Assembly: GCA_045863335.1 (NCBI GenBank)
Contig: BTVY01000011.1
Location: 32,001 to 96,000, forward strand
DNA: 64,000 nucleotides
Source of the DNA: Candidatus Hydrogenedentota bacterium
GTDB lineage: Bacteria; Hydrogenedentota; Hydrogenedentia; Hydrogenedentales; SLHB01
Direction of reading: 5' to 3'
The translations under genes and the position numbers were made by a program. Shown here in pieces: positions 18,698-29,033 of this stretch. Within the stretch, counting starts at the first letter, position 1; each line of letters begins with the position of its first letter. The notes below the pieces were generated by a model, which ran no database searches, was not told the DNA's origin, and saw only the letters and a list, made by a program, of their open reading frames with translations.

Positions 18698-21600
18698 TCA
18701 GAGGCGCAGTACAGGTACCCGCAGCGTTTCTGCGGTTCGCGCGACGTCCTCCCGGCACGTGAAAAGCAATACCTGGTGCGACTCGCCGATTCGGCACAGC
18801 AGCTCAAGTGCGCGGTGCAGGCGCGCGTCGTCATAATTCGCAAACGGATCGTCGAGCAGCAGCGGTATACTCTCCCCGCCCTCGCTGAGCGTCCGCACCA
18901 ACGCGAGGCGGAGGGCAAGGTAGATCTGATCCACCGTGCCTTTGCTCAACCGCCGTTCGGGATCGTCGTTCAGGCGCTCCGTCTGCGGGATACGAATGGT
19001 AATTCGAAGCTCCCGGCTGATGCGCAGTTCCGAGTAGGCGCCGCCGGTGATTTCCGCAAGATAAGACCCCGCGAGGTCCGCGAGACCGGGCGCAATGCGG
19101 GCGTGGCGATCCCGCGCGACTTCTTCAATGAGCGCCGCGGCGTAGGAAGCCGCTTCCATCTCAAGCTGCAGGGACTGCGCGCGCGACTGTACCTCGTTGA
19201 GTTCCTCTTCGATCTCGTTCAGCGAACGAACGCCCGCGGCCAGGCGCGTGATCTGGATGTGCAGATCGTGCTCCTGCTTTGAAAGATCCTCCAGCTCGAC
19301 GTTGACGGATCGCAGGTCGGCCTTAACGTTGTCCTCGTCGCGCGTGGCCGTCAGCGCACCCGCCCCATCCTGCTCTACGCGCTGACGCAGCGTCTCCAAC
19401 GCTTCCCCGCGCAGCAGGACGGACAGCTTCTCTTCCAGGGTCGACCGTGAGTCCCACGCCTCCCGATACGCTTTCGCCATGCCGGCCTTTTCCTGCCATG
19501 CTTCGAGTGAGTCCACATCCCCCGCAGCGAGTTGCTCCGCAAGCGCTTGCTCCAGGCTCGCCAGTTCTTCCTCCTCTGCGGTCAACCGCACGTCAATCGA
19601 ATCCGCGCGTTCCCGCAACACGTCCACGCGGCCCCGCTTCTGCCGGGATTGGGCCGTGCGAATCCGATACGCGCGAAGGGCGCCCAGTGCGCTCGTATGC
19701 CGGCTCTCGTCCCGGTATCCGGCTTCGCGCAGGATTCGCCGCACCTCGAGCGACAGCGTGACTTCCTCGCGACGGCGCGTTTCGAGTTCCTCGGCAATCT
19801 GTTGCCGCTGGGTTTCCAGCTCGGCGGGCCGTTCGCGGCTTTCTGTCATGCGCCGTTTTGCGTCGCGGTACTCCTGGTACCGGGCAATGGCGCGAGTCGC
19901 GGCTGCCGGAACGTCACCATCCTCGTTGATAGGTTCGCCCAGTTTCTCGAAGGTGTGGCGCAGGCGCTCGAAAAGTTTCCGCACCTGCTCTTCTTCTTCC
20001 TGAACCGTCGTGTATTGCGCGCGCAATCGCGCCTCGGATACGCGCAACTCCGCGAGATCCTGAACGTATTGCTCGTACGACGCCTCCAACTCCCGCACCG
20101 AATCGAAGCCCGCTTCGCGAACGGCTTGCTCCATCGCGTGCCGGCGTCCCGCCCAGGCGTCTTCGATGTTGTGGATTTCGTCTTGTGTGTGGAGCAATTC
20201 CCGTTCGATTTTACGTGAGGCAGCCCGGCTGAACCCCCACAATATCGCTAGGGAGACCAATGCGATGGCGCAAATGGAAGCCGGAACGTAGACAAAGATG
20301 TTTCCGGTGAAATAGGCCGCAGCCACAAGGCCAATCAACGCGGCTCCAAATGCAAAGGTCGCGGCCCGCGCACCGGGGGCGCGGTCGGCGTTCTCCTCTG
20401 CTTGCTGGCGCAAGTGATCCAGCCGCGAACTCAACGTCGCGAATTGTTCCTCAAACAACCGCGCATGCACCGCGAACTCCCGGCTCTCGGCGGGGAAATC
20501 GGTGAACTTGGCGAACACCTGCTTCGGCCGGTCAAGCGATGTGCGCAGGAGGTTAGTAGTCTCGTTCAACTCGATGAGCTGTTTGCGTTCTTCGTCTCGA
20601 ACCTGTTGCGCGATGCGAAACGATGCGGCTAATTGCGTGAGCCATTCCACCGGGTCGGAACCCACCTGGGCAAAGTCCGGCAGGCGATCCATGTCAGTAC
20701 GGGCTTCAGTCAGCCGCGATTGCGCTTTCTGAAGTTCGCGGTCAATCGTTTCCAAACGCTCTTGAAGCCGGGCGATGGCGCTTTCGTGTTCGGCCAGTTC
20801 CGATTCGGTTTCCTCCGAGATTTCGGCGAACGCTTCGTCGGCTAAAGGCCCGAGCCGATCCCGCTCCTCGCGAAGTTGATGCAGGAGCTCTTCGCGTTCT
20901 TTGCGCGTGCGTTCAACCTGTGCACGGATGGTGCTGACTGCGTTGGCGGTGCGTTGCACGTCCGCGTTCGCTTCGAGGGGAAAGTCCCGGACCGCACCGA
21001 GGGCGAAGCATTCCTGCGTAGCCCGGTCGATGGCGGCTGCCAGGCGCGACGCTTCTTCAAGGCGCTCCGCCCGTTCCCTGCGCTCCAGTTGTGCCAGTTC
21101 TTCTTCCAGTACCGCCCGGCGCTCCGCAACGCCGTCGCGTTGCTCCAGCACGGCAAGCCGCCGCGCTTCCAGCGTCCGCAACTCTCCCCGCCGAACCTGC
21201 GCGATGCGCAGTTCATCTTCCAGACTTCGAAGGCGGGCTTGGGCCATCGGCAACGGCCGTTTCGAGTGGGCTGCCGGTCTCCCGATCTTTACAATGCGAT
21301 CGGCGAGCCGTTTCAGCGCGACGTCGGCCGATCCGGTTTCTTCAGACGAATCGGCGAGTGCGAGAATCCGCTCACGGATTTGCGTCAGCGCATCCTCATC
21401 TCCCAAATCGTCCAGCGTCAGATGGCCAATCGTCGCGGCGTTGAGATAGACCGCCTTGGACAAACCGAGGTGTTGTTCGGCGAAGTTGGGTTCCCGGTTT
21501 CGAAGGCGCTCGAATTCAACGGTGATATCGCGTGCGTGGGTGCGGTCGAAAACCGACACGGACTCCCGTTTTCGGTCGAAATTCCGTTGGACCTCGATCT

Positions 21601-21862
21601 CCCGGCCGCCATCCAGCTCATAGACGATGCGGCCGCCGTAGGTGTCCGCTTCCGACCAAGGGCGGCGCAACTCGTTCGAGTCATCGTATAAGCGTTGCTG
21701 CGCGCTTCGCTTCTGCCCGTACAACATGTCGCCGACGAAGCAGCGCACGGTGGTCTTACCCTGCTCGTTCGGCCCCAGGATTACCTGTAGGCCCGGCGCA
21801 AGCTCAATCGCGCGGTCCGTAAATCGGCCATATCCGTCCAGCCAGAGTTGCTTGAGGCGCAC
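18698..21862 (-). CDS. YhaN-like Rad50/SbcC-type ATPase with long coiled coils and two central TMs
   Basis: Walker A GPNEQGKTT, signature LSKGTVDQIYLALRLA, Walker B PLLLDDPFANYD, QVLLFTC; hydrophobic hairpin mid-protein. Confidence 0.88.
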   Translation of the reverse strand: MRLKQLWLDGYGRFTDRAIELAPGLQVILGPNEQGKTTVRCFVGDMLYGQKRSAQQRLYDDSNELRRPWSEADTYGGRIVYELDGGREIEVQRNFDRKRESVSVFDRTHARDITVEFERLRNREPNFAEQHLGLSKAVYLNAATIGHLTLDDLGDEDALTQIRERILALADSSEETGSADVALKRLADRIVKIGRPAAHSKRPLPMAQARLRSLEDELRIAQVRRGELRTLEARRLAVLEQRDGVAERRAVLEEELAQLERRERAERLEEASRLAAAIDRATQECFALGAVRDFPLEANADVQRTANAVSTIRAQVERTRKEREELLHQLREERDRLGPLADEAFAEISEETESELAEHESAIARLQERLETIDRELQKAQSRLTEARTDMDRLPDFAQVGSDPVEWLTQLAASFRIAQQVRDEERKQLIELNETTNLLRTSLDRPKQVFAKFTDFPAESREFAVHARLFEEQFATLSSRLDHLRQQAEENADRAPGARAATFAFGAALIGLVAAAYFTGNIFVYVPASICAIALVSLAILWGFSRAASRKIERELLHTQDEIHNIEDAWAGRRHAMEQAVREAGFDSVRELEASYEQYVQDLAELRVSEARLRAQYTTVQEEEEQVRKLFERLRHTFEKLGEPINEDGDVPAAATRAIARYQEYRDAKRRMTESRERPAELETQRQQIAEELETRRREEVTLSLEVRRILREAGYRDESRHTSALGALRAYRIRTAQSRQKRGRVDVLRERADSIDVRLTAEEEELASLEQALAEQLAAGDVDSLEAWQEKAGMAKAYREAWDSRSTLEEKLSVLLRGEALETLRQRVEQDGAGALTATRDEDNVKADLRSVNVELEDLSKQEHDLHIQITRLAAGVRSLNEIEEELNEVQSRAQSLQLEMEAASYAAALIEEVARDRHARIAPGLADLAGSYLAEITGGAYSELRISRELRITIRIPQTERLNDDPERRLSKGTVDQIYLALRLALVRTLSEGGESIPLLLDDPFANYDDARLHRALELLCRIGESHQVLLFTCREDVARTAETLRVPVLRL

Positions 21863-21864
21863 TG

Positions 21865-23016
21865 CTACTCGCCCTCCGCGCCTTCAATGGCGAGATCCCG
21901 CCCGCGATACGCGGCCAGGCCAACTTCGCGGGCGCGCAAGAGCATCTGTCGCCGCCCGAGGTCCGGCGTATCGTCCAATTCGGCGTTTAACATGGCAATG
22001 AAGGCGCCCAGGCTGGTGTGTTCGCGCGCGAGAAAGAGGTAGTCTTCGAGTTCCACAGTCGCGTCAACCACTTTCAGGTACTCAAAGTGGTCCGACAACG
22101 CATCGCGGATGGCGGAGATCTCATGGCGCCACTCGGGGCTGTTGTTGCCCGTCAAGGTGACGCGCGCCACCGCGGCAAGGCCATTCGGCTTCGGGTGTTC
22201 GCGTATGGCATCGACGATCTGTTGCGAGTTTGTGAATTCGGAACAATCCATGGAGAACGTCACGTACACGGTGCGGTTCCCGGTTACCGGTCGAACCCGG
22301 ACTTCCTTCTCATCAATTTCCACTTCGAGGAAGTATCGTTCTCCGGTCTCGCCGAATCCGTGGCCTTCGGGCGCTCCCGAGTAGGCAACCGTTGCGTCGT
22401 AGGGCCCGGGCACCTGTTTGTAGCCATGAAAATGGCCCAGCGCCAGATAGCGCAGACCCGGCGGCGTCGCGTCGGTCGCGCGAAACGGTGCATAGGCGTC
22501 TTTCCCGGGCGGGATGGAGCCCATCTCGGATCCATGGCCGAGAGCCACGTGGACGCGCCCGTCCTGTGGAATCTGGAGGGACCCAAACGGATTTTGGGAT
22601 ATGTCCAGACTGTCAAAGGCAAAGCCGTGGACGGTAAGCGAGATGTCTTCCACGTCCGCGCGCTGCCATGCCGGGGTTGAAAAGATCGTAACATTCGACG
22701 GCCACGATTCCGTCCGATACGGTGAGTTGGTAGTGTACGGGTCGTGATTTCCAGGCGCGATGAAAACGGGTACGGGCCCAAGGTTCTCGAACGACGACTG
22801 TAGAAACGCTACGGTGTCACGGCTGATGCGGTCAATTTCGAAGAGGTCACCAGCGATGAGCACCGCATCGGCCGGCCATTCCACGGCGCGCTCGAGGATC
22901 CGTTTCAAAACATCTCGCAGGCTCTGACGCCGGCGATTGCCAAAGGCTGCCGGCAGCCGTTCCTCCGCATAGCACGCGTCGAGATGGAGGTCTGAGGTAT
23001 GAATGAGTCGAATCAC
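21865..23016 (-). CDS. YhaO-like Mre11/SbcD metallophosphoesterase (DNA repair exonuclease)
   Basis: IHTSDLHLD, IAGDLFE, PGNHD, LALGHFH, YSGAPEG. GTG at 23016 precedes RLIHTSD. Confidence 0.9.
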   Translation of the reverse strand: MIRLIHTSDLHLDACYAEERLPAAFGNRRRQSLRDVLKRILERAVEWPADAVLIAGDLFEIDRISRDTVAFLQSSFENLGPVPVFIAPGNHDPYTTNSPYRTESWPSNVTIFSTPAWQRADVEDISLTVHGFAFDSLDISQNPFGSLQIPQDGRVHVALGHGSEMGSIPPGKDAYAPFRATDATPPGLRYLALGHFHGYKQVPGPYDATVAYSGAPEGHGFGETGERYFLEVEIDEKEVRVRPVTGNRTVYVTFSMDCSEFTNSQQIVDAIREHPKPNGLAAVARVTLTGNNSPEWRHEISAIRDALSDHFEYLKVVDATVELEDYLFLAREHTSLGAFIAMLNAELDDTPDLGRRQMLLRAREVGLAAYRGRDLAIEGAEGE

Positions 23017-23311
23017 GATAATCCATTGGCTGTTGTCGGGCTGATGCGTAATCGCGCCTTGCCAAGCCGTTTCCGCCGACGCCGGTCCGGCTTTCGTGCG
23101 AAAGGAAGCGGACTGCGTTGCGGAATCCTGGAATAGACAAGGTGCGTCGTATGATACCTGTTTCAGGCGGCTGATCTGTAATTCGAGACGCGCGCGCGAA
23201 TCGCCCGGCTTTTTCTGTGCCCGCAAGCGCGAACGCCTTGCGCCAACATCCCGAAATACGGTGAGCAATACCCCCGAGAAAACTCATCCGCTCGCGGGCG
23301 AGGAATCCGGG

Positions 23312-24244
23312 CTAGTCCGCGCAAATGGACGGCGGGTTTCCGGCGGCCGCGTCCTCGTACCCCTTCAGAAAGCTGTGAATGAGCGTTCGCCGGAACATGA
23401 ACCGGAAGCAGCCCGTGTCGGGCGCCAACGCACCGCACAACCTTCGGTAGATCGAAACCAGCACCCGTTCCGGCCCGATCAATCTGCCTTGATACGGACG
23501 CAGCAGCCGGTTTTGGATTACGTCGGCGTGGGTCTTGTCGAGCAGCATGCGAAGCGAGTACCCCTCGGCATAGTACCGGCAGCGCTCGTCGTCCTGTGTC
23601 ACCGGACACCAGAGGTACGCGGTCGCGTCGTCGCCGTAGAACCCGCGAACGCCTTGCGCTTCCAATCTCCATGCGAGTTCCACATCCTCGAGACCCGAAT
23701 GGAGAAAGGACTCATCAAATCCACCGGTTTCGCTCACCGCAGCCCGGGGAAGACTGAGATTCCAGGCGCGCCAATCGATGAAACTCAATGGCTGCCCTTT
23801 TAGGAAACCGTCCCCCCGGAAAACGGAATAGTCGCGCGTAAGGGTGTTGGCGGCGATCTGCGGGTGATGGCGAATAGCACCGACGATGGCCGCGCTTCCC
23901 CCGTGACGTTCCTGCGCGCGCACGTGGCTTTCCACGAGGCCGGGTCCCGCAAGGAGATGGTCGTCGAGAAATAGAACCCAGCGGCCCTTGGCTTTCTGAA
24001 CCGCCTGGTTTCGCGCCAGCGCGCGATTCGCATTCTCCACCAAAATGCTCCGTGAACGAACCGGGGCGCCCGCAACGTAGCGGTCGAGGACCTCCTGCGT
24101 ATTATCCGTGCTCGCCAGGTTGACAATGAGCAGCTCGAAGTGCGCCGCGGGATAACTCTGCAACTCCAGGTGGGAAAGCGTGAGAGGAAGCAATTCCGCG
24201 CGGTTCCGAACCGTGATAATGAGGGAGACGTCGGTAGCATCCAT
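23312..24244 (-). CDS. Glycosyltransferase family 2
   Basis: VSLIITVRNR, STDNT, ARNQAV, WVLFLDDH, GGFDESF..GLEDVELAWRL. Confidence 0.85.
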   Translation of the reverse strand: MDATDVSLIITVRNRAELLPLTLSHLELQSYPAAHFELLIVNLASTDNTQEVLDRYVAGAPVRSRSILVENANRALARNQAVQKAKGRWVLFLDDHLLAGPGLVESHVRAQERHGGSAAIVGAIRHHPQIAANTLTRDYSVFRGDGFLKGQPLSFIDWRAWNLSLPRAAVSETGGFDESFLHSGLEDVELAWRLEAQGVRGFYGDDATAYLWCPVTQDDERCRYYAEGYSLRMLLDKTHADVIQNRLLRPYQGRLIGPERVLVSIYRRLCGALAPDTGCFRFMFRRTLIHSFLKGYEDAAAGNPPSICAD

Positions 24245-24356
24245 GGAAAATCGTAATCCAATTCGGTTCTCCGCCGGAGTGGCGGCACCATTTGCCCCTT
24301 ACCGGAGGAAGGAACCAAAGCCCTGCGCACGATACTAACGCGCCACCGGGATCGCG

Positions 24357-26369
24357 TCAAGGCGAGCCTGGAGGTTTCGAAAACCGTGGGACGGCGACAG
24401 CCGGTACCGACGAAGCGTTGCCCGGGTCAGAAGGGTCGCTGCCGGCGAAGATTTCGCTGCCGTCCCCCACGCCGTCGCCGTCGGAATCGATCAGAGTCGG
24501 ATCGGTAGGAACGCCGAAGGCGCCGAGGATCTCATCGCGGTCCGATATCCAATCGCCATCCGTATCGCGCGCGTGGGGATCCGTCACGTAGCCGAAAGCG
24601 CCGCTGATCTCGTCCGCGTCGGACAGACCGTCTCCGTCTGAATCCGCATCGTCATCTTCGATGACGATGGTGAGCGATTGTGCGATCGGCGAGAGCACGA
24701 CGCCATTCGGGGATGAGAGTTCCAGCGAAAAGGCCTCGGGATCCTCATGTCTCGTATCGTCGACAATGGGAATTGCGATCGTAAGTGTATTTGCCGCCAC
24801 ATCAAATTCAAACGCGCCACTTACGGTGCCGAAGTCCGTTCCCGCGATTGCGTTTCCAGAGATGCTGACGCATACGACCGACGCGCCCGCGATGGCATTC
24901 GGTGCGGTGAGATCCACACTGATCTGGATCGACCCGCTCGCTTCGGAAACGGACACGCTCGCCGATCCAAACGCGGCTTGCGGCAGAGGGTCGTCGTCGA
25001 TGATGGTCAGCGTCGCACTACGGTCGGCCTTCGGGAGCGACATCCCTTTTGGTTTGCGGAGTTTCAGCTGGATGGTTTCACTCAGTTCCCGAAAGCCGTC
25101 ATCCACGATGGGGACCTGAAACGTCTTGACTGCGTCGAAGGGGCCAAACTCAATCACGCCGGAAACACGCACGAAATCCGCGCCTTCCGTTGCCGTGCCC
25201 GAACGCGCCACATAGCGGACGCTCGCCGTCTTTCCCACGCCGGGCGGTTCGGCCAGTTCGATCGCGATCGCCGCGGCGCCATTGGTCTCGACGATGCTGA
25301 AACTCGAGGACGCGAAACGTGCCGAAGGCGAACCGGGTGTGGATGCATTCACGTAACCGATATCGCGCAATAAAGCGACCTCGATTTGGCTGTACTCGCG
25401 GATCGCGACGCCCGGGTCCAGGACCGGTTTCATCAAATGGGTTCCCGGTACTTCCTGCGAGAGGTGACTCAGACTGCTGCCGACCACGAATGTCTCGGGC
25501 GTATAAAGGGGAACTCCTCCGCCGAAGATGTTCTCGACTGTCGCGCCACGCAAGAGAACTCCACCGTCGCTCCCCACAAGACTTTCCACCGGCCCCACGA
25601 ATTCCGGGGAAGCGTTGAAGAGTGAGGTCCCGCCCGCGGTGGTCATAGACTCGTCCCATTGGGTGTAGACGCCGGGGCTGCCGCCGGTAAGGAGGCTGCT
25701 CCCGTCTTCATCGCAGACCGAAAGGAGGCCCAAGCCATGGGTCAACTCGTGAAGCAGCGCGGTGAAGAGATCGAGCCGGTCTTCCGGAACCTGTGGCGCG
25801 GCATCCGTGTACCAGGGAAACCCGAAGTCCACCCGGCACACGATATCGGCCGTGTCCGGTGCGGGGTCGACCCCCGTCGTGATGTGTTGAAACGCGAGCC
25901 CGTTCCCGAAGCCGTGAGGCTCCTCGAAGAACAACGGCCCGGCGGTTGCCAGGAACCCGCTCCCGTCCGTTTCTGACGTGTTGAATTGAATGTCGCATTC
26001 CGCGGGGCCGGCCTCATTGAGCACGTCGCCCAGATACTCCAGGACGCGTTCCACAACCGCGCGCCGCTCCACTCCCAGCGTAGGATGATCAAACCCGATA
26101 TTGTTGCCCAACCCCCACCGCGCCGTCTGATCCTTGTAAGAGACATTGAACGTAATCTCGTTGACCTTGCGCTGCGTCGCGTGCTCGGGCCGCATCGCCG
26201 CCCATGCTGGTGGTGATGCCGAATCAAAGGACTCCACGACGCCCGAGGAGTCGATGTAGAACACGCGTTCCGCCTGAGACGCGGTAGGCGCCAACAACGC
26301 CACTGCAATGGCGATTGAGGCGAAACTGCGCAGGCTTCGTCGGGACGCCGTATTCATGCTCCGGTACAT
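24357..26369 (-). CDS. Secreted zinc metalloprotease-like protein with two Calx-beta domains and Ca-binding DxDGDG repeats
   Basis: Signal peptide, LLHELTHGLG plus GSSLSH, Calx-beta motifs (GTATEGADF...IVDDGFRELSETI; IVDDTRHEDPEAF), and DSDGDGLSD / DTDGDWISD / DSDGDGVGDG repeats. Confidence 0.8.
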   Translation of the reverse strand: MYRSMNTASRRSLRSFASIAIAVALLAPTASQAERVFYIDSSGVVESFDSASPPAWAAMRPEHATQRKVNEITFNVSYKDQTARWGLGNNIGFDHPTLGVERRAVVERVLEYLGDVLNEAGPAECDIQFNTSETDGSGFLATAGPLFFEEPHGFGNGLAFQHITTGVDPAPDTADIVCRVDFGFPWYTDAAPQVPEDRLDLFTALLHELTHGLGLLSVCDEDGSSLLTGGSPGVYTQWDESMTTAGGTSLFNASPEFVGPVESLVGSDGGVLLRGATVENIFGGGVPLYTPETFVVGSSLSHLSQEVPGTHLMKPVLDPGVAIREYSQIEVALLRDIGYVNASTPGSPSARFASSSFSIVETNGAAAIAIELAEPPGVGKTASVRYVARSGTATEGADFVRVSGVIEFGPFDAVKTFQVPIVDDGFRELSETIQLKLRKPKGMSLPKADRSATLTIIDDDPLPQAAFGSASVSVSEASGSIQISVDLTAPNAIAGASVVCVSISGNAIAGTDFGTVSGAFEFDVAANTLTIAIPIVDDTRHEDPEAFSLELSSPNGVVLSPIAQSLTIVIEDDDADSDGDGLSDADEISGAFGYVTDPHARDTDGDWISDRDEILGAFGVPTDPTLIDSDGDGVGDGSEIFAGSDPSDPGNASSVPAVAVPRFSKPPGSP

Positions 26370-26620
26370 GCTGTCTTTCTATCCATGAATTGGAAGGCGT
26401 TGGACCACGCACATAAGGCGCACCTATTGTAATACATTCGCGCGATGTCGTTTCTTCGCACAGCGGGGATCTGTCAGCTGCCTGGGACGGTTAGAACTTC
26501 CCGCGCCACAGGTGGTACGATTCATTTGCTTGACGACGAGATACGGCGCGCACCTGCCGGGCGAGCGGCGGTCTCCATCGGTCGAATCGCGATCGACAGC
26601 AGGGATGAAAGCAACACACT

Positions 26621-28960
26621 GTGACTGAACCCACACCACACTACCGTTACGCGCTGCTTCCCTTGTTCCTGATCGCGGGAATATTCATCGTCCTGGGACC
26701 CACATTCTGGAACGGCACCGAGACCCGGCAGGGAAGCGTTACGGATGCCTACGAGAACAGCGACCTTTACCACTACGTCTATCCGGCCTTCGACTACACC
26801 TTTGGCCGCATGCGCGGGAGCGGGGAGGTAGATGGACGCATCACGATATTGCCCGGGCTGGGCGGCTCGCTTCCTGCCTGGAATGCGCAACAGCGTTGCG
26901 GCATGCCGTTAACGACGGACCCGCGCCTCGGCGTTTTTCAGCCCTTGAACGCCGTTTTCCTGTTCTTGCCCACGGCCCAGGCGCTTGCCGTCCACGCGTT
27001 TTTGTGCCTGTTTCTCATGGGCCTCTTCTTCGCCCTGTTCGCGCGCGCCGTGGGCGTGGGATACGTGGCCGCCGTGATCGGCGGGATCGTGTACGCCTAT
27101 TGCGGCGCGTCGGCCGCCGCCATGTCCCGGCCGTGGATGGCCTCGGCCATGGTCTGGTTCCCCTTTGTCATGTGGGCTGTGCGCGAATATGGCCATCGGT
27201 TCGACTTTGGGACCGCTATGCTCGCGGGACTGGGAAGCGCCTTGTTGATTTTGTCGGGCGCCTATGCGCTTGTACTGGCCTGCCTGTGCCTGGTCCTTCC
27301 GTATCGAATTCAGATGACGCTCTTTCCCCGTTCCGACGAACCCCAAATCCCCCCTTTGCGCCGGCGCATTCGCGGTCCCCTGCTGATGGGGCTCGTTGCC
27401 ATCGGCGTCTCATCGATCCAGTGGTTGCCGACAGCCTATTGGGCCTTGCGTCTTGACGCGCCCTTTCAGTCCCTTTGGAGTTTTAATCTCGCGGCGGAGG
27501 CGCCGGTCTCATGGCGCGAATTCCTGGTCCAGGTGCTCACGCCCAGTTCAGACAGCCTGCCTCGAATCGCCTACGTCGGCACCGTCACCTTGTTGCTGAT
27601 CCCCGCGGCATTGTTCCATCGGCGCCGCCGCCGCGATGTGCTGTTCTTTCTGGCCGCGGCTGTTGCGGGGGTGGCGGCCGCGATCGCCGGGGCCTCGGGG
27701 TTGCCACTGGGGTTTCCCCATCTTGCGTTTCTCTACCCCGTGGCTTTCTGCCTCGCCACGCTCGCGGCCCTGGGCGCCGATCGGCTCCTGACGCCGCGCG
27801 ATACCTTTCGGTCCCGCCCCATATGGTTGCCGGCCACCGTCGTTGTTGCGCTGAGCATCGGCCTTATCATCGCCTTCGGCGCGGACATCCGCCAATACGT
27901 GATTCCCTTCCTCGCGGTACTGATGCTCTTTCTATTGTTTCGTTACCGCGTGTTTGCGCCCGTCTGCGGAATCGCGATGGCCGCGCTGCTGGTGGTCGAC
28001 CTGACCCTCGCCAGCCGGAACACCTACCGCCACCCGCGGCAGGATGCGCCGGATTGCTATCTGCGTCACGCCGCCGCGCTGGACGACCTGCGCGAACAAT
28101 GCCTCGGGTCGCGCGCGTTGTTCTCTGCCCGCGCCCTCGACGTATCCCTCACGCCGAACATGGGATTTCTTTACCCGCAACGGCTCATCGGCGGCGCCCT
28201 GCTGCCGCTGACGTTGGATGAAGCCATCTGGTGGAGTCAACTGGGCGATGCGGGATCTCCCCTGATCCAGGCAACGGGCAAAGCCGTCACGCACGATTCC
28301 GCGAAACCGCGACTGCTTAACTACATGGCGATGCGCGCCATACTCGCGTCGCCGCAGGGCCCCTTGTACAACGGCGGCTGGGGTGCGGACGGTCCGCGCC
28401 TGCGGGAAGCGCCCGCGCGCGACGATCTTCGGCTGTTCATCAACGAGAACGCGTTGCCCCGCGCCTATTGGGTGCCCGCCGCCCAAGTGACGGTCGGCAT
28501 ACAGGCCGCCATAGATCTCCTGACCGAAGACACCTTCGATCCCGCGCGCGAATGCGTGGTTGACGCCCTGTCACCCGGCATCGAAACGCTGGCTGCCGCC
28601 ACAGGAAGCGCCACCGCGACGTCGCCGGACCGTTCCAGCGCGACGTGTTCCGTCGAGGATCTGAGCCCGGAGCACGTGCGTGTCCGCGTGAACGCTCCCG
28701 CGCCGGGTATCACCGTTCTTTCGGATTCCTATGCGGAAGGGTGGACGGTGACCGTCAACGGCGTTCGCCAACCGATTCTCAACGTGAACGGATTGTTTCG
28801 CGGCATCGTCACTCCGAAAGGAGTCAGCGAGATTGACTTTATCTACCGTCCGCTCGTTTCGTACGTGGCCCGCGGCATCGCCACCACCGTCCTCGTGCTC
28901 GTGTTGTTGTACGGCGTGCGCGTCTTCTTTCGCCGCAGTGCCGCGCTCGTTTCTCTTTGA
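26621..28960 (+). CDS. YfhO-like polytopic membrane protein (GT-C-like glycosyltransferase)
   Basis: LPAWN...CGMP, FQPLN, many TMs, ENALPRAY, VLSDSYAEGWTVTVNG, VNGLFRGI...IDFIYRP, C-terminal TM. Confidence 0.8.
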   Translation: MTEPTPHYRYALLPLFLIAGIFIVLGPTFWNGTETRQGSVTDAYENSDLYHYVYPAFDYTFGRMRGSGEVDGRITILPGLGGSLPAWNAQQRCGMPLTTDPRLGVFQPLNAVFLFLPTAQALAVHAFLCLFLMGLFFALFARAVGVGYVAAVIGGIVYAYCGASAAAMSRPWMASAMVWFPFVMWAVREYGHRFDFGTAMLAGLGSALLILSGAYALVLACLCLVLPYRIQMTLFPRSDEPQIPPLRRRIRGPLLMGLVAIGVSSIQWLPTAYWALRLDAPFQSLWSFNLAAEAPVSWREFLVQVLTPSSDSLPRIAYVGTVTLLLIPAALFHRRRRRDVLFFLAAAVAGVAAAIAGASGLPLGFPHLAFLYPVAFCLATLAALGADRLLTPRDTFRSRPIWLPATVVVALSIGLIIAFGADIRQYVIPFLAVLMLFLLFRYRVFAPVCGIAMAALLVVDLTLASRNTYRHPRQDAPDCYLRHAAALDDLREQCLGSRALFSARALDVSLTPNMGFLYPQRLIGGALLPLTLDEAIWWSQLGDAGSPLIQATGKAVTHDSAKPRLLNYMAMRAILASPQGPLYNGGWGADGPRLREAPARDDLRLFINENALPRAYWVPAAQVTVGIQAAIDLLTEDTFDPARECVVDALSPGIETLAAATGSATATSPDRSSATCSVEDLSPEHVRVRVNAPAPGITVLSDSYAEGWTVTVNGVRQPILNVNGLFRGIVTPKGVSEIDFIYRPLVSYVARGIATTVLVLVLLYGVRVFFRRSAALVSL

Positions 28961-29033
28961 ACCGGGAGGGCCCGGTTGATAGCATGTGGCGCTCCATCCC
29001 AGGGGGATTCTCACAAGCAAGGAGAAGCAAGCT

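Noticed and set aside
26290-26357. Tat signal (SRRSLR) on the Calx-beta protease
   Set aside because: Lacks the FLK part of the consensus; equally consistent with a Sec n-region.
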